DNA of 64,000 nt from Candidatus Hydrogenedentota bacterium (GTDB lineage Bacteria; Hydrogenedentota; Hydrogenedentia; Hydrogenedentales; SLHB01): positions 544,001-608,000 of the forward strand of contig CAXXYE010000008.1 in assembly GCA_963674865.2 (NCBI GenBank). The letters are read 5' to 3'. The notes beneath the pieces are model-generated. The model was given only the letters and a program-made list of their open reading frames with translations. It was not told where the DNA came from and searched no databases. Positions 39,617 through 48,843 of the stretch are shown piece after piece (the stretch's first letter is position 1; the number at the start of each line of letters is the position of its first letter). Position numbers and translations under genes: made by a program.

Positions 39617-39732
39617 CTAACGCTTCCTGGCCGCGGCGAGCGGTTGGCCGACCTCAGCTGCCGCGAAGAGACTGATCAGCTCGGGATCGAGGCGCTTGCC
39701 GTTCTCGCCTGGAAATATTCCAAACCATCTTC
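39617..39732 (-). pseudogene. probable 3'-end relic of an HD-GYP phosphodiesterase gene
   Basis: Starts 1 nt after the YbaK stop: EDGLEYFQ, then after a shift GENGKRLDPELISLFAAAEV...*; matches the EEALEYIxxxSGKHFDPELVxLF terminus. Confidence 0.45.
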
Positions 39733-39733
39733 G

Positions 39734-40195
39734 CTACGAGGCGAAACTGCCCAGGTTGGGCTCGACAAGCCGCGCGAAATCGCCGTAGGCCATTTTGATC
39801 ACTTCCGTGTGCGTACCGGCGTTGAAGGCGATTTCCTCGTCCTTGGCCAAGGCCTCCTCGACGAACACGTCTATGTCGTAGAGGTTGCCGAAGGGCGGCA
39901 TCGCGCCGATGTCGCACTCGGGGAAGAGCGCCTCGAAGTCCGCTTCCTCGGCCAACTGAAGGTCCTCTGCGCCCGAAAGCGCCTTCAGCCGCTCCAGGTC
40001 GACGTGGTAGTGCGCGGGAATCACCGCCATACACATCTTTCCCTCGCACTTCACCAAGACCACCTTGGCCATTTCTCTGCCCTTCACGTGCGCCGCCTGC
40101 GCCGTCTCTCCCGCCGTGAAGGTCTCCGGATGCGTAATGCTCTCGTAAGGCACCTCATGCGTCTTCAGGAATTCTTTGAGCTTGCGTACCGGCAT
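39734..40195 (-). CDS. YbaK/EbsC/ProX-family aminoacyl-tRNA deacylase
   Basis: GGGAGGG RBS; MAKVVL, FPECDIGAMPPFG and FNAGTH motifs. Confidence 0.9.
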   Translation of the reverse strand: MPVRKLKEFLKTHEVPYESITHPETFTAGETAQAAHVKGREMAKVVLVKCEGKMCMAVIPAHYHVDLERLKALSGAEDLQLAEEADFEALFPECDIGAMPPFGNLYDIDVFVEEALAKDEEIAFNAGTHTEVIKMAYGDFARLVEPNLGSFAS

Positions 40196-40351
40196 GGCTT
40201 CACCCTCCCTGAATGGGGACATGGTTTGCGCACCCTACAACCATAGTAAACCTAAAGCCGAAAACCGTCAATGGCTTCCCGGGCTCGGCCCGCAGGAAGA
40301 TCATGTGAGGATGGTCCCTTATGGCCTCGTCGTGCACTTCGGGAAAGGGCG

Positions 40352-41017
40352 CTACCGCAGCACCTGCACCGTCCGCGTTTCGTACACCGGCGGCACCCAC
40401 TGCCGGTGGACCTCGTAGTGTCCTTTGACGACGGTGCCTGTCGCGGGATGGTAGGCATCGGGCACCCACACCCGCGTTTCCCGGTAGTAGCCCTCGCGCA
40501 CCAGTACGTTCTGCTGCTGATACGCCGGCGCTGCGGGCGCGGCGCACCGCTGCTGCTGGGCGCCGATTACGACCGCGCTGATGACCTCGGCGACGGCCTG
40601 CGCGATGGCGGCGTCCCTGTAAGCGCGCGCGTACTCGCGGTCCGAACCGTACCGGTAGTCCTCGCGGCGGCGCCTGTCGTCATAGCCTCGCCCGCTATCG
40701 GACCCGTTGTACTTGCTCACGCGATCCGCCAGGTCCGAGAGCACTGAGGACAACGCCTGCCCGGACGAGGAGGTCCGCCCGGAGGAGCGCGTGCCGCGTG
40801 ACGAACTACTGCGGGAGCGCGAGCCTATCCGGCTGCTTGCTGTGGAGCGTGTGGCGTTGCCGCGTTGCGTGGCGCTGCGCGTGCGGCTCGACGCGCGTAT
40901 GCTGTAAGTCCCGCCATGGCGTATACTTCGGGACTGTGCCCAGGCTTGGTTTCCGGGGGCGGCGCTGGCCAGAAGGCACAGGGCCGCCGTGGCGATGAGG
41001 GTGGTTTTCGTATTCAT
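40352..41017 (-). CDS. secreted hypothetical protein, Ser/Arg-rich linker, C-terminal GYY..VWVP / GHY..WVP motifs
   Basis: GGAGG RBS; signal peptide; low-complexity S/R tract. Confidence 0.7.
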   Translation of the reverse strand: MNTKTTLIATAALCLLASAAPGNQAWAQSRSIRHGGTYSIRASSRTRSATQRGNATRSTASSRIGSRSRSSSSRGTRSSGRTSSSGQALSSVLSDLADRVSKYNGSDSGRGYDDRRRREDYRYGSDREYARAYRDAAIAQAVAEVISAVVIGAQQQRCAAPAAPAYQQQNVLVREGYYRETRVWVPDAYHPATGTVVKGHYEVHRQWVPPVYETRTVQVLR

Positions 41018-41198
41018 GATACTTCCTCCAAGAGCCAGCCTACTGATCTGGACGCTGACAAGCGGCGGAAATTCACCCTTTCGCCGTCAGCCGCCATCGG
41101 CGGCCGGCTTGAGCGGGCCGGGGGACGAGTGGGACAATGCCTATGGCAGCCCGCAGGACCGCCAGACGGGTCTTGGGTGAAAACGAAAGGCAGGGGCC

Positions 41199-41861
41199 AT
41201 GATGCGAGCCGTTCGGGTCAGTTTCGTGGCGTTTCTCTGCGCCGCCGCGGCTTCGGCCGGGCCGTTGGCGCTTCCGGCCCCGTTTGCCCTTTCGCCGGCC
41301 GGTAAGTCGCTTACCGACAAGGAGACAGCCGCGCTCGATGCCGGGGACATCCTCACGCAATTGGAGGAGATCCCGGACAAGGACGTCAAGAAGGCGGTGG
41401 CCGTCGCCATCGTCGACGCCCCGCCCGAGGACGTGTTTGCCGTGCTGACGGACTATGCCAACTTCACCCACTTCATGCCCTACTGTGAGAAGGTCGAGGT
41501 GCGGAAACGGAAGGGGCAGCGCTCCCGGGTGCGGTTCGCGCTGAACTTCCCCTGGCCTCTGGGCGACCGCCACTACGTGCTCGAACTCACCGACCGCGTC
41601 GATGAGGTCGACGGCGTTCGTGTCTGGGCCAGTCGCTGGACCTACGTGCCCGGAAGCGGCAACATTGACGATGCCTACGGCGCCTGGGAGGTCGTGTCCT
41701 GCGGGCCGGAGCGTTCCCTTGTGCGCTATACCGCCTTCACGGACCCCGGCGGCAAGCTGCCGGTATGGGCACGTAACAGCGCCACCAAGGTCGCCATACC
41801 CAAAGTGATCCAGGGCCTCCGCCGCCGCGTGAACGAGCAGGCCGAGATGGCCGCCGACTGA
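41199..41861 (+). CDS. secreted SRPBCC/START-fold ligand-binding protein
   Basis: Signal peptide; VDAPPEDVFAVLTDYANFTHFMP, FPWPLGDR and DPGGKLPVW motifs. Confidence 0.85.
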   Translation: MMRAVRVSFVAFLCAAAASAGPLALPAPFALSPAGKSLTDKETAALDAGDILTQLEEIPDKDVKKAVAVAIVDAPPEDVFAVLTDYANFTHFMPYCEKVEVRKRKGQRSRVRFALNFPWPLGDRHYVLELTDRVDEVDGVRVWASRWTYVPGSGNIDDAYGAWEVVSCGPERSLVRYTAFTDPGGKLPVWARNSATKVAIPKVIQGLRRRVNEQAEMAAD

Positions 41862-41983
41862 CCGGCCTTCTATGGGCCGGCCTGCGGGCCTTGGGAGCAT
41901 TGGCCGGCGCGCCGATGCATGCGCGAGCCATTTGAAAGCATCCTGCCTCCTGGGCAATACTAAGGGCAGGAGATTCACCTAGA

Positions 41984-43957
41984 TTGCAGGAACAAGGAAG
42001 TTTTCAGGGGAAGGCTGCTGCACTTCATCCATCCGACGGCACAGCGCCCCCGTTCAAGCCGGTTACGGTTCGAGCGGTGGTTATCGCCTGCGCGCTCATG
42101 CCCATCCTGGCGTTGTGGGTCGTTCAATCGGAGTTAATCTGGTATTCGGGCCATTCGACGGCCATTTCGCTCTTCTTCCACGTCACTTTCGTCATCTTTC
42201 TCCTTGCTCTCATCAACCTCTACGTCGAGAAGCGCTGGCCTTATGCGGCGCTTTCTCCCGCGGAGCTGATGACGATCTACATGATGTTGGCCATCGCGGG
42301 GACCTTCTGCAGCCACGACCTTCTTCAGGTCATGATCCCCATGCTCGGCTTCCCCAAGCATTTCGCCAATCCGCAGAACAATTGGGAAGAGAACATCCTC
42401 AAGTACATTCCCAATTGGGCGATTGTGTCGGGCGATCAGGAGGCCTTGAACGGCCTCGCCGTCGGCAACGCGACGCTGTACAAATGGAATGTCATCAAGG
42501 CCTGGTTACAGCCCCTGGCGTTCTGGCTCGTCTTCCTTATGGCCCTCATGGGGGCGCTTCTGGCCATCAACGTCGTGTTTCGCCAGCACTGGACGGAGAA
42601 AGAGAAGCTCAGTTTCCCGGTGATCCAGATTCCCATGATGCTGGCCACCAATCTCCGGGAGTTGCTGCACAACAAGCTATTCTGGATAGCCTTCGGGATT
42701 GTGGGCGGCATTGATATCATCAACGGCATAAATCACTTCTTCCCGGCCGTCCCCGAGATCCCCATCGTTGAGGCGTTCTCTTTTCACGACTATTTCGTTG
42801 AGCGGCCCTGGAATTCCATCGCGGGGACGCAGATCAACCTCTTTCCTTTCGTGATCGGCCTAACCTTCTTCATGCCCACGGACCTCGCGTTCAGTTGCTG
42901 GTTCTTCTTCGTCTTCTTCAAGCTGCAAATCGTGTTGACCTCGGCGATTGGTTTCCACGAGTTGCCTGGCTTCCCCTTCCCGAACGAGCAGGCCGCCGGC
43001 GGCTACATCGCCCTGGGCCTGCTCGCGATCTGGGCCTCGCGGCGGCATATCGGCGCGGTGATCCGCACGGCCCTGGGGCGGCCCGGGGGGGCCGACGAGA
43101 GCCGCGAGCCCATGAGCTACCGCGTGACGCTCCTTGTGTTGTTCGTCTGCATCGCGATGCTGATCGTGCAATCCTGCATGCTCGGCGCTTCGTGGTACAT
43201 GGCGCTGCTCTTTTTCATCATCTTCTTCCTCTATTCCATTGCCATCGCCCGCATGCGGGCCGAGTTGGGCCCGCCGGCCCACGATCTCCACGCCATGGGC
43301 CCCGACACGGTGATCCACAACGCCATAGGCACCCACCACCTCGGCACGGGCAATGTGGCCGCCTTCACCATGTTCTTCTGGTTCAACCGCGCCTACCGCG
43401 CCCATTTCTCGGCTCACGACATGGAAGGCTTCAAGATCGCCCAACTCACGCGCACCGCCAGCCGCTCGATCATGAAAGCCATGATCATCGCGGTAATCGT
43501 CGGCGCCCTGGCGGCGATCTGGGCCCTCTTGCAAGCGCTTTATGTACACGGCTACAGCGGCCGTCCGGCCGGCGACGCCTTCGCCTGCGAGGGCTGGAAC
43601 AAGATGGCCGCATGGCTGGCCTTTCCGCACAAGATCCGCACCGCCGCGAGCCTGGCCACGGCTTCGGGGCTGCTCTTCTCCCTGCTCCTCGGCGCCCTGC
43701 GGATGAAGTTCACCTGGTGGCTGTGGCATCCCGTCGGTTACGCCACCTCCACTTCGTGGTCCATGGAGAAGCTCTGGTTCTGCATCTTCATCGGCTGGCT
43801 GGCCAAGGCCCTCATCACCCGCTACGGCGGGGCGCAGCTCTATCGGAAGGCGCTTCCCTTCTTCGTGGGGCTCGTGCTGGGCGAGTTCACCGTCGGCAGT
43901 TTTTGGATGATCTTCGGCTCCCTGGCGGGGAGAACCGTTTACCATTTCTGGGGCTGA
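41984..43957 (+). CDS. DUF6785/DUF6784 polytopic membrane protein (OPT-like putative transporter)
   Basis: AGGAG RBS and TTG start; QHWTEKEKLSFP, RMRAELGPP, WLWHPVGY and YGGAQLYRKALPFFVGLVLGE motifs. Confidence 0.8.
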   Translation: MQEQGSFQGKAAALHPSDGTAPPFKPVTVRAVVIACALMPILALWVVQSELIWYSGHSTAISLFFHVTFVIFLLALINLYVEKRWPYAALSPAELMTIYMMLAIAGTFCSHDLLQVMIPMLGFPKHFANPQNNWEENILKYIPNWAIVSGDQEALNGLAVGNATLYKWNVIKAWLQPLAFWLVFLMALMGALLAINVVFRQHWTEKEKLSFPVIQIPMMLATNLRELLHNKLFWIAFGIVGGIDIINGINHFFPAVPEIPIVEAFSFHDYFVERPWNSIAGTQINLFPFVIGLTFFMPTDLAFSCWFFFVFFKLQIVLTSAIGFHELPGFPFPNEQAAGGYIALGLLAIWASRRHIGAVIRTALGRPGGADESREPMSYRVTLLVLFVCIAMLIVQSCMLGASWYMALLFFIIFFLYSIAIARMRAELGPPAHDLHAMGPDTVIHNAIGTHHLGTGNVAAFTMFFWFNRAYRAHFSAHDMEGFKIAQLTRTASRSIMKAMIIAVIVGALAAIWALLQALYVHGYSGRPAGDAFACEGWNKMAAWLAFPHKIRTAASLATASGLLFSLLLGALRMKFTWWLWHPVGYATSTSWSMEKLWFCIFIGWLAKALITRYGGAQLYRKALPFFVGLVLGEFTVGSFWMIFGSLAGRTVYHFWG

Positions 43958-44039
43958 CGCCGGCGCGCCACGGCCCCGAACAGAGGAAACAGCGCTGCCT
44001 AGTGGTATGGGTCATACTGATGGCGTCTTATTCTTGCCG

Positions 44040-44090
44040 CGAAAAGCAGGGACAGACACGTCTTCGCTTCGCTCCGCTTGTGTCAGTCCC
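44040..44090 (+). repeat. 51-bp palindromic REP-like element, copy 1
   Basis: CGAAAAGCAGGGACAGACACGTCTTCGCTTCGCTCCGCTTGTGTCAGTCCC; exact reverse complement at 51123-51173. Confidence 0.9.
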
Positions 44091-44193
44091 CGTTGTTCGC
44101 TTTTTCTTAGCGCTTCTTCATCTGCAGACAAGCAACGTCAATTATGGGTCATGACAATAGAATGGCCGAAATGACAGCAGAGAGCGGGATCCC

Positions 44194-47100
44194 ATGCGCT
44201 GGATAGCGGCCGGAATCGCCGTCGTCGTCCTGACGATTGCCGTCGCCGGCTGGGTCGGACGCCCGAGCCCGCTCACCATCGAGATCCCGGACTTCAGCGG
44301 CGTCGAGGACCTCAGCGTCGAGCGCATTCACGGCCACCTCGACCGGCTCGCAAGCGGCGCCTCCCGCATGTCGGGCTATGACGCCGCCGGGCAGGCTTTC
44401 TCATACATCCGCGAGAGACTCGATGCATTGGGCGTCACGGCGATGGAGGTGCAGGAGTTCGACGTGGCGGCGCCCATCGTCGAAAGCGCGGCAGTCGACG
44501 TCCACACCCCCGGCGGGGACGTCACGATCCCGCTCCACCCGGTTTGGCCCAACCTCGTCCGCACCAGTCAGACAGGCCCGGAAGGGCTCAGCGGGCCGCT
44601 CGTCGACGTGGGCCGGGGCCGGGAAGTGGACCTGAACGGAAAAGACCTCCGCGGCGCCATCGTCGTCATGGACTGGGCCAGCGACGCCGAGTGGCTCAGT
44701 GTCCTGGAATTCGGCGGCAAGGCGGTGCTATTCCGCGCGAATGAGCTGGCCAGCGGCTACCAGGCCCGCAAGAAGTTCCTCACCGTCTCGACGAATATCC
44801 CCCGGTTCTTCGTGACGGCCGATGGCCTGCCCATGCTTGACGCCGCCTTGGCCGCGCCCGAGCCGCGGGCGACCGTCCACTGCGCGATGGATTGGCAGTC
44901 CGTGCCCGCAAGGAACCTTCTGGCGCGCATCACGGAACGCCCGAATGCTTCCACGGCGGCCGGGCATGACGCCACGCCTATCGTCTTCCACGCCTACTAC
45001 GATGCCATCAGCGTCGTGCCGACCCTTGCGCCCGGCGCGGAGCAGGCCTGCGGCGCCGCCACCTTGCTCGAACTTGCGCACTACCTGACAAGCCTTCCCG
45101 AGGCGCCGCCCAGGCCCATCTATGTCCTTTTCACGGGCGGGCACGGCCAGGCCATGTCCGGCATGGCCCATTTCGTCCGCGAACTCCACGACGGCCTTGC
45201 GGAGGGATGGCGGGATGCGCCGCCCGATTCGCTCCTGCGCGAGATGGGCCCGCCCGGCCTCATGATCGGCCTCGACCTGTCCACCCGGGCCGATCAGCTC
45301 GGACTCTTCTGCCTTGGACGGTTCCGCCAGCAGTCGGAAGGCTGGCTCCGGCCCAAGTTCAGCACCCTCGGCCTGAAGATGGACGCTTTCGCCAAGCAGT
45401 TCATGGACTCGCCCACCCGGAGCATCGATAATAATCCGGCGCCCTTCGTCGATTGTATCAACCTTACCCACGGCCGGGGATGGTGGACGTTCTTTCCCTA
45501 TCCCGCCGCCTTCGCGAGCGAGATTCCGACCTTGGCCGGATTCCCCGCGGTAACGTTGAGCACCATCAACGACGACCGCCGCTACGTGGACACGCCCGAG
45601 GACATCTTGCCGCGGCTCAATCTGGACCTCTTCGCCCGGCAACTCCTCTACGTGCCCGGGGAACGCGTCGGATTGGCGCGGCTGGCGCTGGCCTTCGCCT
45701 ACTGGAAAGGCCCATTCGTCAGTTCACCGCTCGAAAGCAAGTTGGCGAAGATTGCGGGCCGGGCAGTCTGGTTGCACCAGAAGGAGGACTACACGCCGAA
45801 CCGGCCCCTTGCGGGGGCGGCCGTGGCCTTGAAGACCTATCGCAACGACAAGACCATCGTAGGCTTTCGCGGCGTGCCGGTGGCCCTGGCCGATGAGAAG
45901 GGACGGTTCGAGTTTGACGGGCTCATCGACACGACGGGCAACGCGCTGTTTGCGAACGTCGAACTCGAGGCTTACGGCCTGGCCAGTGAGCATTTCCTCG
46001 ATGCGAATCCCGAGGCCGCCCAGGCCTACCTCGACGTGCTCCGGCGCGGCGGCATGGGGCGCGACGCGATTGAATCCGACGGGTCGATCATCTACGCGGT
46101 CGATTGGGCGCGCCCGGGCGAGTATCCCGTCGTAGCTTCCCTCATCAACGAGGTGCAGCATCTCAACCTGGTGACGTTCCCGTGCAAGCCCATCACGCTG
46201 TTCGGCCTGACGGAGCCGCGGGGGTTCGTCAGCCTGACGGATTTCCAGCTTCTCGACGCGGCAACCGAGAGTCCGCCGTTCCAATGGGGAGGAAGCTACA
46301 GCGACAGCGGCGTCGGCGATCCCGAGGAGAATTGCATCAGCGTCTGGGCCGATCCGACGCTCCGCGTGCGCCTGACCCTCGGCTTCGGGATCGGCGACAA
46401 GCGCCTGATCCTGATCAATAACTCGCCCGAGGACCCCGTCGGCAAGGGCTACGTACTCAGCGAACTCGAAACCATCCCGTCCTGGGCGCTGCAAGGCGCG
46501 CGGAACATGTGGTGGCTGAACCAACACCGCATTAAGCAGTTCGAGAACTACGGCATCGCCAATCCCCGGGTGGCGTCGACGCACCAGGAGGCCGGAGAAC
46601 ACCTCGATAAGGCGGAAGCCGCCCTGGACGGCAACGACTACCTCGAATACCGCATCGAGTCCGAGAAGGGGTGGGCGCTCGAAAGCAAGGCGTACAACGA
46701 GCTGCGCGACATGGCCAACAACATGATCCGCGGCGTCCTGTTCTACCTGCTCCTGCTGCTTCCCTTCGCCTACTGCCTCGAAAGGCTGGTGGTCAATGCG
46801 GCCACCATTCGCAACCGAGTTATCGGGATGGTGGTTATCTTTGTCGCGAGTTTCGTTGTCCTGGCGCTCATCCACCCCGCCTTCCGGTTCACCATGACGC
46901 CCATGCTTGTGCTGGTGGCGTTTGTCATTCTCGCGCTGGCGGCTTCCGTCAGCCTGTTGATCCTCGGCAAGTTCGACCGGATGCTCCGCGAGCGCAAACA
47001 GGCCCTGACGGGCGTCCGCGAAGATACCGTGGCCTTGGGCGACGTGGCCGTCCGGGCCGTCGACTTGGGCGTCGCGAACATCCGCCGCCGCCCGCAGCGC

Positions 47101-48843
47101 GCGTTCCTGACGGGACTGACGATCATCCTGGTGACCTTCACGCTGCTGTCCTCCATCTCCGTCGTCCCCGAAGTCAGCATCTCCCGTCTGCGCCATCTCG
47201 AAGGCGAGCCTGTCTACAACGGCCTGCTCACCCGGGATCGCGGGTGGGCGCCCATGCCCTTCCCCTTCTACGACTCCGTCAAGCGCTCGCTGGGATACGC
47301 CGAGGGAGAAGGGGAGAGCCGGCAGCCCAGGAACACAATTGTCGCGGGGCGGGCCTGGTTCTTCTCCGACTACTCCGGCAACCACTCGCGCATCGACCTG
47401 GCCCCCGTGGCGAGCCAAGACTCGACGGGGGGGCAGTTCACAACCATGGCGCTGATGGGCATGGAACCGACGGAGCCCGACGTAACGGCGGTCGAGGATA
47501 CGCTGATAGCAGGCCGCTGGTTTCAAAACGAAGACGAGGTGGGAATCATCCTGCCTGAGCACGTCGCTGAGAATTTAGGCTTCTCTTCGGACGATTTGGG
47601 CAAGAAAGTTTTGGTTTTTGGCGAAGAACTGCCCGTTATCGGCGTGTTTGACTCCACCGAGTTTGATGAACTGCGCGATATCGACGGCGAGCCCCTCACA
47701 CCCGTCAACTTCGTGCAGCAGCGCAATATGGACGCCCAGATGACGGTCGAAGAGCAGATCGACACGCTCAAGGAATACGTCCACTGGCCTTCCGACCAGA
47801 TCGTCATTGTCCCCTTCAAGTTTGCGCGCACGCTGAACGGCACCGTCCGGAGCGTGGCCGTGCGCACGGGCGAGGAAGTGAGCGCCATCACGCTGGCGGA
47901 ATCCTACGCGCGGCGCTCGAACATGGCCATCCTCGCCAGCGACGGCGAGCAAGTGACGTTGTTCGCCTCACTGAGCCGGAGCCGCATGAGCGCCGCCGGC
48001 CAGATCGCCATCCCCCTGTTCCTGGGCTTCATCATGGTTCTCGGCACCATGCTCGGGTCGGTGTACGAACGCCGCCGCGAGATCTTCGTCTACAACTCCG
48101 TCGGCCTGTCGCCGACCAACGTGGCTTCGCTCTTCCTGGCCGAGTCCTCGGTGTACGCCATCATCGGTGCGGCCGCCGGCTACCTTCTCGGCCAGGGCGT
48201 CACGAAGCTCCTCTCCGTCACGGGCATGTTGTCCGGCCTGACGCTGAACTACTCGGCGGGCTCGACGGTCTTCGTCACCGTCCTGACGATGTTCATCGTG
48301 CTGCTCTCGACCCTCTATCCGGCGCGCCAGGCTTTCCTCGCCGCCGTGCCCAAACAGCGGAGACGCATCGAAGGCATCGAGGAGGACAGCGCAAGCGGCG
48401 GGGATACGGTGGGCCTCTATCTGCCCTTCGTCGCCAGCCCGTCGAGCATCTTCGCCATGCAGGCCTACATGTACGACTTCCTCGACAGCATCCAAGGCGT
48501 ATCCATCGGCAGACTGGCCGTGGACGATCTCCAGGCCGGATGCGGCAGCGTCGCCGACCATCCCGCGCCGGTGCTCCGTTTTCGCGCATGGCTGGCGCCG
48601 TTCGACCTGGGCATCAGCCATAACGCCGAACTCAGCGTGGTCTTCCGGGAAGAGCGCAACGTTTACCAGTACCACTTGACCGCCACCCGGGAGAGCGGCG
48701 ACCAGCAGAACTGGCGGCGGCTGACGCCGTGGTTCATTCTGGCGCTGCGCAAGCAACTTCTCATGTGGCGCATTCTCACACCCGAAGAGCAGGAGGTCTG
48801 TATGGAAAAGGCCGAGAAGCTCTTCGGACATCGAAAGGCGTGA
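44194..48843 (+). CDS. 1549-aa FtsX/MacB-like ABC permease with N-terminal degenerate M28 peptidase-like (PA-containing) domain
   Basis: AYYDAISVVPTLAPGAEQACGAATLLELA; NIRRRPQRAFLT; LIAGRWF; SVYERRREIFVYNSVGLSP...FLAES; LLSTLYPARQA. Confidence 0.85.
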   Translation: MRWIAAGIAVVVLTIAVAGWVGRPSPLTIEIPDFSGVEDLSVERIHGHLDRLASGASRMSGYDAAGQAFSYIRERLDALGVTAMEVQEFDVAAPIVESAAVDVHTPGGDVTIPLHPVWPNLVRTSQTGPEGLSGPLVDVGRGREVDLNGKDLRGAIVVMDWASDAEWLSVLEFGGKAVLFRANELASGYQARKKFLTVSTNIPRFFVTADGLPMLDAALAAPEPRATVHCAMDWQSVPARNLLARITERPNASTAAGHDATPIVFHAYYDAISVVPTLAPGAEQACGAATLLELAHYLTSLPEAPPRPIYVLFTGGHGQAMSGMAHFVRELHDGLAEGWRDAPPDSLLREMGPPGLMIGLDLSTRADQLGLFCLGRFRQQSEGWLRPKFSTLGLKMDAFAKQFMDSPTRSIDNNPAPFVDCINLTHGRGWWTFFPYPAAFASEIPTLAGFPAVTLSTINDDRRYVDTPEDILPRLNLDLFARQLLYVPGERVGLARLALAFAYWKGPFVSSPLESKLAKIAGRAVWLHQKEDYTPNRPLAGAAVALKTYRNDKTIVGFRGVPVALADEKGRFEFDGLIDTTGNALFANVELEAYGLASEHFLDANPEAAQAYLDVLRRGGMGRDAIESDGSIIYAVDWARPGEYPVVASLINEVQHLNLVTFPCKPITLFGLTEPRGFVSLTDFQLLDAATESPPFQWGGSYSDSGVGDPEENCISVWADPTLRVRLTLGFGIGDKRLILINNSPEDPVGKGYVLSELETIPSWALQGARNMWWLNQHRIKQFENYGIANPRVASTHQEAGEHLDKAEAALDGNDYLEYRIESEKGWALESKAYNELRDMANNMIRGVLFYLLLLLPFAYCLERLVVNAATIRNRVIGMVVIFVASFVVLALIHPAFRFTMTPMLVLVAFVILALAASVSLLILGKFDRMLRERKQALTGVREDTVALGDVAVRAVDLGVANIRRRPQRAFLTGLTIILVTFTLLSSISVVPEVSISRLRHLEGEPVYNGLLTRDRGWAPMPFPFYDSVKRSLGYAEGEGESRQPRNTIVAGRAWFFSDYSGNHSRIDLAPVASQDSTGGQFTTMALMGMEPTEPDVTAVEDTLIAGRWFQNEDEVGIILPEHVAENLGFSSDDLGKKVLVFGEELPVIGVFDSTEFDELRDIDGEPLTPVNFVQQRNMDAQMTVEEQIDTLKEYVHWPSDQIVIVPFKFARTLNGTVRSVAVRTGEEVSAITLAESYARRSNMAILASDGEQVTLFASLSRSRMSAAGQIAIPLFLGFIMVLGTMLGSVYERRREIFVYNSVGLSPTNVASLFLAESSVYAIIGAAAGYLLGQGVTKLLSVTGMLSGLTLNYSAGSTVFVTVLTMFIVLLSTLYPARQAFLAAVPKQRRRIEGIEEDSASGGDTVGLYLPFVASPSSIFAMQAYMYDFLDSIQGVSIGRLAVDDLQAGCGSVADHPAPVLRFRAWLAPFDLGISHNAELSVVFREERNVYQYHLTATRESGDQQNWRRLTPWFILALRKQLLMWRILTPEEQEVCMEKAEKLFGHRKA

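Noticed and set aside
40700..40900. Tandem DNA repeat in the Ser/Arg-rich gene
   Set aside because: Low complexity is at the protein level only; there is no regular nucleotide unit.
45724..47562. Long antisense or alternate-frame ORFs (also 9482..10816, 10650..12008, 28791..30077, 49398..50768)
   Set aside because: They are shadows of well-supported genes in GC-rich DNA, with no motifs or RBS.
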